IMG/VR virus record: IMGVR_UViG_3300024246_000011
Location: 1 to 39,823 of that record
Strand: one strand, 5' to 3'
Length of the DNA stretch: 39,823 bases
From: a virus
Taxonomy: Duplodnaviria; Caudoviricetes
This document shows positions 33,485 to 39,823 of the stretch, piece after piece. The translations under genes and the position numbers were made by a program. The notes under the pieces were generated by a model, which was not told the origin of the DNA, did not search any database, and saw nothing but the letters and a program-made list of their open reading frames with translations. Positions within the stretch are counted from its first letter, which is position 1. Each line of letters opens with the position of its first letter.

Positions 33485-33967
33485 ATGGGATGGCTCAAAC
33501 AGGATCTCGTCAATCAAGCTTTCGAGAAGATCGGGCTCGCCTCGTACATCTACGAGCTTCAACCCGATCAGATCCAGAGTGCCCTGCGGACACTGGACAT
33601 GATGGTGGCCGCATGGTCAGCTCAGGGCGTCCGTTTGGGCTATCCCCTTCCGTCCTCCCCGAACACCTCCAACCTGAACACGGATTCCGGCCTCGCTGAT
33701 TTCGCGGTGGAAGCCGTGGTCGCCAACCTGGCTATCCGTCTCGCGTCCACCGTGGGCAAGACGGCGGGCCCGGATCTGCTCAAAGAGGCGAAGAACTCAG
33801 AAAACATGCTTCTCGCGCTCGCCGGGCCGGCGCCCAGCCAGCGGTTGCCGAACACGATGCCGGCGGGCGCGGGAAACAAGACGTGGCGCAGTACCAACCG
33901 GCCCTTCCTCAGTGACGATGACGACGCAATCGAAGTGGGCCCTGACGGGGAACTCGAGGTCAAGTAA
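33485..33967 (+). CDS. Head-tail adaptor (P22 gp4-like packaged DNA stabilisation protein)
   Basis: AFEKIGLA, ALRTLDMMVAAW, GVRLGY, NLAIRLA, MPAGAGNK. Confidence 0.85.
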   Translation: MGWLKQDLVNQAFEKIGLASYIYELQPDQIQSALRTLDMMVAAWSAQGVRLGYPLPSSPNTSNLNTDSGLADFAVEAVVANLAIRLASTVGKTAGPDLLKEAKNSENMLLALAGPAPSQRLPNTMPAGAGNKTWRSTNRPFLSDDDDAIEVGPDGELEVK

Positions 33968-33969
33968 TC

Positions 33970-34437
33970 ATGCGCAGACCAACTCCGATCATTGACCTGG
34001 ATTCGGTTTCCTCGCTCTCGTCGGGGGATCAGATCCCGATCTATTCGGCCAACAACGGGGATGCGCGGCGGATCCCGGCATCTGCGCTCGCCACCTACGT
34101 GGCAGGACAGGTCTCGACCGTGGACGGGAAGGTGACGCAGTATGCCTCGCCGCTCACCGGGGCCACGGTGACGATAGCGCCAGCCTCCACTGGGGGATCC
34201 GTCTTCCTGCTGCTCCAGCCGGCCGGGACGATCGCCACCCTGACCGTGGTTCTCCCGGCGGCCGGGATCGCGGTGGACAAGCAGGAAGTCATGGTCTCGA
34301 CCACGAACACGGTGACGGCGCTGACGGTCTTCGCGGGTGGAACAACCCTGGCCGGTGCCCCGACCACGATCACCGCGGCCGCTCCGTTTAAGATGCGCTA
34401 CGATGGCGTGAACTCGATCTGGATGCGGGTGGTGTAG
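33970..34437 (+). CDS. Virion structural protein, hypothetical
   Basis: Beta-rich 155 aa between gp4-like and gp10-like genes. Confidence 0.7.
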   Translation: MRRPTPIIDLDSVSSLSSGDQIPIYSANNGDARRIPASALATYVAGQVSTVDGKVTQYASPLTGATVTIAPASTGGSVFLLLQPAGTIATLTVVLPAAGIAVDKQEVMVSTTNTVTALTVFAGGTTLAGAPTTITAAAPFKMRYDGVNSIWMRVV

Positions 34438-34440
34438 CCG

Positions 34441-35841
34441 GTGCAGATCCCTATCCTGGCGGGCGTCTATGCAGATCAGAATCCTGCTCTGCGGATCGCC
34501 TATCCCGTCAACATGATCCCGGTACCGGGTCAAGACGGGATCGCGGATGGGTATCTGCGTCCGGCGGAGGGAATCGAGTTCTTTACCACTGCGCAGGGCG
34601 TGGACCGGGGCGCCATTGTCTGGAAAGGGGACCACTACCGGGTCAGCGGGACGAAGCTAATCAAGGTCACGGACACCGGGACGGTGGCTGTCCTAGGGGA
34701 CGTGGGCGGCACCGGCCCGGTACGGATGGACTTTAGCTTCGATTTGCTGGGGATCCTCTCGAATGGCCTTCTGTACTACTGGGATGGATCGGTCCTTACT
34801 TTCGTCAGTGACCCGAACATGCCGACCAACCTGATTGACATGCTTTGGATTGACGGGTACTTCATGGTGACGGATGGAACCTTCGTGGTCGTCACGAACT
34901 TGTCGAACCCGGCGACCGTGAATCCCCTCAAGTACGGGAGCACGGATCAGCCCACCCCGGTCAAGGCGCTCCTCAAGGTGTTGAACGAAGTCCATGTGGT
35001 GAGTGAAACACAGATTGACGTTTTTCAAAATGTCGGGGGCCAGTTCTTCCCATTCGCCCGGGTGGCCACGGCGCTCATAACGAAGGGCGCTGTCGGCACC
35101 CGCGCCGCGTGCGTCTTCCAAGATACGGTGGCCTTTATCGGGGGCGACCGGAACGAGGCGCCCAGTGTCTACCGGGGCCACAACGCCCAGACGGTGCAGA
35201 TTTCAAGCCGGGAAATCGACAACTTGCTCCTGGAGTACACAAAGGCCCAGCTCGCCGCGGTCACCATGCAGACCATCGTGGACCGGGGCTCCAAGTTCCT
35301 CTACATCAACCTGCCAGATCGAACTATCGTCTACGATGCGGTGGCCTCTGCGGCAGCACAGCAGCCGGTGTGGTTCATTCTGACGAGCGCGATTGTCGGG
35401 TTTTCCCGGTACCGGGCCGCGAATCTGATCCGGATCGCGGACAAGTGGATCTCCGGGGATCCGACCTCGGCGGCGCTGGCTACGTGGTCAACAACGGACT
35501 CCCAGCATTACGGCGGAGACGTGCGCTGGGAGTTCTCGACGCCGTTGCTCCGGAACGAAGGACGAGGCGCCATTCTTCACCGGCTGGAGCTGCTGGCCCT
35601 GACCGGTTCCGTCCCGACCGATACGGATCCGCAGGTGGCCACCTCGTTCTCTCTGGACGGCAAGACGTGGAGCCTGGACCGGCCGATTCACTCCGGGCAG
35701 CGGGGCGACCGGACGAAGCGGCTGGTCTGGTGGCGGAATGGCATGTGGCGGAATTATCGGATCCAGCGGTTCCGCGGGGACAGCAGTTCCCGGTTGACCG
35801 CATTGAAGCTAGAGGCGGAAGTAGAGCCACTGTCGGTATGA
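34441..35841 (+). CDS. Tail hub / DNA stabilisation protein (P22 gp10-like)
   Basis: MQIPILAG, YPVNMIP, GYLRPAEG, YRVSGTKL, DGYF, LPDRTIVYD, SLDGKTWS. Confidence 0.88.
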   Translation: MQIPILAGVYADQNPALRIAYPVNMIPVPGQDGIADGYLRPAEGIEFFTTAQGVDRGAIVWKGDHYRVSGTKLIKVTDTGTVAVLGDVGGTGPVRMDFSFDLLGILSNGLLYYWDGSVLTFVSDPNMPTNLIDMLWIDGYFMVTDGTFVVVTNLSNPATVNPLKYGSTDQPTPVKALLKVLNEVHVVSETQIDVFQNVGGQFFPFARVATALITKGAVGTRAACVFQDTVAFIGGDRNEAPSVYRGHNAQTVQISSREIDNLLLEYTKAQLAAVTMQTIVDRGSKFLYINLPDRTIVYDAVASAAAQQPVWFILTSAIVGFSRYRAANLIRIADKWISGDPTSAALATWSTTDSQHYGGDVRWEFSTPLLRNEGRGAILHRLELLALTGSVPTDTDPQVATSFSLDGKTWSLDRPIHSGQRGDRTKRLVWWRNGMWRNYRIQRFRGDSSSRLTALKLEAEVEPLSV

Positions 35842-36380
35842 AATTCACGACGCCAGCCCGGGTGCAGCTCGCCGCGGTCCTGAAGGACCCGCGGATCGTG
35901 CTGGCCATGGAGGGGCTCTTCAACTCGTTGCGGCTCCAACCGGGAGACCTCGTATTTGCCGGGAAGCTCTCCAGTACCGTCACGATTACGATTGCATCAC
36001 CTGCCGTCATATCGTGGCCATCCCACGGATTTCAGCCGGATGCCGCGGTGGTCTTCAATACCACGAGCGCGCTCCCGACTGGATTGGTGGCGGGCACGGT
36101 GTATTTCGTGCAGGTGCTCGATGAGGACACTTTCGCCGTGTCGGCCACAGTACATGGCACAGCGATCACGACCAGCGGGAGCCAGTCGGGAACGCACACC
36201 GGGTTCGCGGCGGACCACCCGCAGGCGCTCCTTGCGAACGGGGATGCGGTCAGCCGGTTGCTCTATGCGGATCTGTTCACGGCAATTGGAACGAGCTACG
36301 GAGTGGGGGACGGATCCACGACCTTCAATCTTCCAGACGTGCCGGCCCTGGCGGGCTGCCGCGCATTCATCGTCTACTAA
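35838..36380 (+). CDS. Tail collar domain protein
   Basis: ATGA overlap; LLANGDAVSRLLYADLFTAIGTSYGVGDGSTTFNLPD is a phage tail collar signature. Confidence 0.85.
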   Translation: MKFTTPARVQLAAVLKDPRIVLAMEGLFNSLRLQPGDLVFAGKLSSTVTITIASPAVISWPSHGFQPDAAVVFNTTSALPTGLVAGTVYFVQVLDEDTFAVSATVHGTAITTSGSQSGTHTGFAADHPQALLANGDAVSRLLYADLFTAIGTSYGVGDGSTTFNLPDVPALAGCRAFIVY

Positions 36381-36390
36381 GGAGTAGGAC

Positions 36391-37443
36391 ATGGGCGATT
36401 GGGATATCTTGGGCAGTCTGGGCAGCTTGGCCGGGGACATCTTCGGTGGCCCGGCGGGCGGAGCGATCGGGAGCACTCTGGGAACCGCGCTCGGTGGCTT
36501 TCTGTCCAATGACACGCAATCCAACTCTGTCGATCAGGCGAACCAGCAGCGGCAGGCCGCCATCCAGCAACAGCTTGCCTATCAGAAGCAGCTTTATGGG
36601 CAGGCCACTGGACAGCAGCAGACCGCTTACAACAACCTGGCGAGCGGCCAGCAACAGCAATTCGGGACGAACCTAGGGCTTCAGCAAGGGCTGCTTGGGC
36701 AAGCTGCCGGGGCGGAGCAAGGGGCCTTCGGCAGCCTTCAGTCCACGCTTAACCCGTGGATTCAGGGCGGTGCCGGCGCTTTCCAGCAGCAGCAAGCGCT
36801 CTCTGGAGCCTTGGGGCCGGCAGCGCAAGCACAGGCGATTGCCGGCATGCAGAACAGCTCGATGTTCCAGTCTCTCGCGAAACAGGGGGAGGACGCCATC
36901 CTCCAGAACGCATCGGCCACCGGCGGACTTCGGGGTGGAAACACGCAGGCGGCGCTCGCGCAGTTCCGACCGGCACTCCTAAATCAGTTGCTCCAGCAAC
37001 AATTCACCAATCTGGGGAGCCTCTCTGGGCTGGGCCAGAACAGCGCGGGACAGTTGGCACAGGGTGGTGTGAACCTCTATGGACAGCTGGCCGGGCTCTA
37101 TGGACAGACCGGGAGCAACATCGCGGGCAGCTCGAATACGCTGGCCAATAATCTGGCCGGCGGGTCCAACGTGCTCGCGAACAATCTGGGGACGCTGGCC
37201 AACCAGTTCGGGAGCGGGATATCTAGTCTCATGGGCCAGTCGGGGGCCTACAACGCAGGCGCTACGCTGGGCCAAGGTCAGCTCTCCGCGGACAACTTCG
37301 GGACTCTGGGGACCCTGGGCGGCAAGCTCTTCCAGAACTATTACAACAACGTGAATGGCTACAACTATGGGGGTCTTTCCGGATCCGGGGGACTCGCTGA
37401 TATCGCCCCGAACACCTACAGCACGCTGCGCGCAGGAGCGTAA
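36391..37443 (+). CDS. DNA ejection/transfer protein (P22 gp7-like)
   Basis: AAGGAG RBS; Gly/Gln-rich; QGEDAILQNASATGGLRGGNTQAALAQF. Confidence 0.8.
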   Translation: MGDWDILGSLGSLAGDIFGGPAGGAIGSTLGTALGGFLSNDTQSNSVDQANQQRQAAIQQQLAYQKQLYGQATGQQQTAYNNLASGQQQQFGTNLGLQQGLLGQAAGAEQGAFGSLQSTLNPWIQGGAGAFQQQQALSGALGPAAQAQAIAGMQNSSMFQSLAKQGEDAILQNASATGGLRGGNTQAALAQFRPALLNQLLQQQFTNLGSLSGLGQNSAGQLAQGGVNLYGQLAGLYGQTGSNIAGSSNTLANNLAGGSNVLANNLGTLANQFGSGISSLMGQSGAYNAGATLGQGQLSADNFGTLGTLGGKLFQNYYNNVNGYNYGGLSGSGGLADIAPNTYSTLRAGA

Positions 37444-37445
37444 TC

Positions 37446-39035
37446 ATGCCACTCGATGATCCTACGACACCGACGCCGGATTTCCTTCAAGGCCGTACTG
37501 GTTTCGGTTCGGCACAGGCTGAACAGGGCTTCCAGAATGCGCAGGCGACTGACCTGAACAACCTGAAGATCCAGGAAGCCCGCGTCACGATGCAGCAGAA
37601 CGCGCTCGCCTTCCAGCGGCAGCAGGTCATGAGAAAGGCTCTTGCGGAAGCCACTGTGAGTCCTAGCTCAGCGGGATTCATCAAAGTCGCGGCCATGTTT
37701 CCCGAAGTTGCGAAAGCAGTCGAGCCGCTGATCACAGCAACTTCGGCACAGGAGAAGCAGGCTCTCGTGTTCGGGCTCGCTCCTGCGCTCGCTGCCTCCG
37801 TGAAGGGAGATGCCCCGAACGCGATTGCCCAGATGGAGCATGTGGCCAAGAGTGTGGAGAACTCAGGACGGGGGGACATAGCGCAGGGCCTCCGCGCCAT
37901 GATACCCCGGGTGCAGCAGGATACCAAGAATGGGATCCTGGGCCTGGGAATGATGCTCACCAGTATGGATCCGACTGCGATGGATAGCATCCTGAAGGGC
38001 GCCACGGCAGGATCGAAGATCGAGCAGGCAGGCAGCGAAGCGACCAAGGCAGGAGTGGAAGCCCGGAAGGAAGTGGTGACGGAGGATCTAGCTCGTCCGA
38101 TAGCACTGGCGGGGCTGGGCAAGACCCGGGCGGAGACCAGCGAGGCCGGGGCAAGAACGAATCTCGCGGTGCAGCAAGCCCTGGAGGTGCAGCAGAAGAT
38201 CCTTGATCTCCAAGAGGTCCATCCTACCCTCAAGGATAAAGCTCTCGCCGATATCAAGGCGCAGGTTGCGGCGGCGAACAGCGCCAATGCGAGCGCGGCG
38301 ACTCGTCTATACGAGACGCCTGCGAAAGTGAAGCTGGATCTCGCGAACGCGGCAAAGGCGGAGGTCGAATCTCAGGTCAATCGGCAAAAGCTTACCAATC
38401 TGCCAGAAGACTTGCGGCCGGACTTCACGAAAAGCGTGATGGCCGGATCGGATAGCCATCAGTTCGCGATCCGAGCTTTGGGCCTGGAGAATGATTTGCG
38501 GAATGGGATCAAGGGGGTGACCGCTTCAGGGCTTCCGGCGACGATCGCGAATGTATGGAGAAAGGTAGCCGGCAATGAAAGTTCCGTCGATGTTCTCCGG
38601 GCCGAGGCGAACCAGCTACTCGATAAGGTCATTCTCAACGGAGTGGCGCTGGGGCACACCAACGAGACGCTCATCGGCATGAAGAAGGCGGAAGTACTCT
38701 CCAGTATAACGGACCCGAAGACTCTGGCGGATTTCATACACCAGATCGGCATAGAGCATGCGAATCAAGAGCATTTGCACGTCGGGTGGCAGGATTGGCT
38801 CAACAACAATCGCGATCCAGGTAACGCGCATCGTGACTTTATGGCTGGCGGCGTCCAGGTCCACAAGAACGATGGACCGGGTGAGTTCCTTAGCAGAATC
38901 TCAGGTCCTACACAGTCTATTCATGACGTAGACACCCTGATCCGCGCTGCGAATACTCCGGGTATGGATTCGGCCAAACGACAGACGGCTATCCGCCGGC
39001 TCCGTGCTTTGGGGGTGCCTTTCCGTGGCGAGTGA
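37446..39035 (+). CDS. Putative DNA ejection protein (gp20-like position)
   Basis: 529 aa Ala/Gln-rich helical protein following gp7-like gene; AGGAG RBS. Confidence 0.65.
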   Translation: MPLDDPTTPTPDFLQGRTGFGSAQAEQGFQNAQATDLNNLKIQEARVTMQQNALAFQRQQVMRKALAEATVSPSSAGFIKVAAMFPEVAKAVEPLITATSAQEKQALVFGLAPALAASVKGDAPNAIAQMEHVAKSVENSGRGDIAQGLRAMIPRVQQDTKNGILGLGMMLTSMDPTAMDSILKGATAGSKIEQAGSEATKAGVEARKEVVTEDLARPIALAGLGKTRAETSEAGARTNLAVQQALEVQQKILDLQEVHPTLKDKALADIKAQVAAANSANASAATRLYETPAKVKLDLANAAKAEVESQVNRQKLTNLPEDLRPDFTKSVMAGSDSHQFAIRALGLENDLRNGIKGVTASGLPATIANVWRKVAGNESSVDVLRAEANQLLDKVILNGVALGHTNETLIGMKKAEVLSSITDPKTLADFIHQIGIEHANQEHLHVGWQDWLNNNRDPGNAHRDFMAGGVQVHKNDGPGEFLSRISGPTQSIHDVDTLIRAANTPGMDSAKRQTAIRRLRALGVPFRGE

Positions 39036-39823
39036 TAGCTCTCCCGCTGACGCGGAGGTAGACGCAGCTCTGAACAGGCTCCCCCCGGCCCCCGAGGAAA
39101 GGGATCCGGCGCAGGGCGGGGTCTCGCTGGTCTTTACTCCGACCTCGACGATACCGGCGAACGCTCCCCCGGCTGGGGCGACGGCCCCAGATGTAGCGGC
39201 GGCTCTGGACCGGTTGCCCCGCACCCCGGAAGAAATCGCGGGGGTTCCGCCAGTGGATCCCGCGAAGCATCCAGAGACCCCTAGCGCGTTCTGGCAGTTC
39301 ATGGAATCCGTTAGCCCATCCAACCGGAATCAAGAGCTGGAGGATGCGCCTGATTGGACTCGCATGCCCGAAGCCTCCTTGCTCTCGCACCCGATCGTTG
39401 CTCTCGGATCTTCGATCACGGGTGCGGACAAGACCATAGATATCATGCGCCGCAATTACCCGGACATGAAAATAGAAAAGACAGATGACGGATACATCAA
39501 GTTCCATTCGAAGGATGGAAATCTCTATACGTGGAAGCCGGGCATCCGATGGAGCGATATCAAGCGTCTAGCAGAAGCTGCTGCGGTGGCAGAGGCCAGC
39601 ATCGCGGCGGCTGGTCCCATATTGGGCGCGATCGGGCTGGGGGGCCTCACCACTGCGGGCACGACTGCTGCGACTGCTGCCGCGACCGCAGCAGGGACGG
39701 CCGCCCCTTCTCTCATCCCTGCGGCAGTGACCGCGGGGGTTATCGGTGCCACCGCCAATGAAGGCGTCAAGGCGATGGCGGGTGGTGGATTCGATCCCTC
39801 GCAGCCTGTCATCGGAGGGGGCT
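39025..39823 (+). CDS. Putative large DNA ejection protein (partial, runs off window)
   Basis: GTG 39025, open to end: MASDSSPADAEV...APDWTRMPE...HSKDGNLYTWKPG...hydrophobic Ala/Gly stretch. Confidence 0.7.
   Translation, partial: MASDSSPADAEVDAALNRLPPAPEERDPAQGGVSLVFTPTSTIPANAPPAGATAPDVAAALDRLPRTPEEIAGVPPVDPAKHPETPSAFWQFMESVSPSNRNQELEDAPDWTRMPEASLLSHPIVALGSSITGADKTIDIMRRNYPDMKIEKTDDGYIKFHSKDGNLYTWKPGIRWSDIKRLAEAAAVAEASIAAAGPILGAIGLGGLTTAGTTAATAAATAAGTAAPSLIPAAVTAGVIGATANEGVKAMAGGGFDPSQPVIGGG

Noticed and set aside
30574-33562. Long antisense ORFs (491 aa, 532 aa) opposite capsid genes, and similar ones opposite replication genes
   Set aside because: Expected from high GC3 codon bias; no recognisable motifs

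Overview
This window is most of the genome of a GC-rich tailed dsDNA phage with a podovirus-like (P22-type) virion module; both window ends cut genes. 1-6352 (+): tail-fibre-like genes and a lysis region (holin-like, lysozyme-family endolysin, papain-like C1 protease). 6577-25137 (-): replication and early genes (Prim-Pol/helicase, family A DNA polymerase, DUF2815 SSB, DUF2800 Cas4-like nuclease, cytosine methyltransferase-like, SNF2 helicase, RuvC-like resolvase, Nmad1, HTH/Cro/RHH regulators, SprT-like protease, many small ORFs) with several clear sigma70-type promoters. 25777-39823 (+): terminase, portal, scaffold, coat, head-tail, tail and ejection proteins. I saw no integrase, tRNA, CRISPR array or reverse transcriptase. 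The most notable observations are: (1) a promoter- and terminator-bounded ~63-nt RNA candidate whose 5' end is exactly complementary to the DNA polymerase start-codon region; (2) a heavily over-represented GTTTA(A/C)AC motif concentrated at promoters and gene starts; (3) signal peptides on several virion-module proteins; (4) two paralogous genes differing in an expandable Ala/Arg repeat tract; (5) a candidate origin and a candidate genome-end/packaging region. All family assignments come from motif recognition by eye, not database searches.
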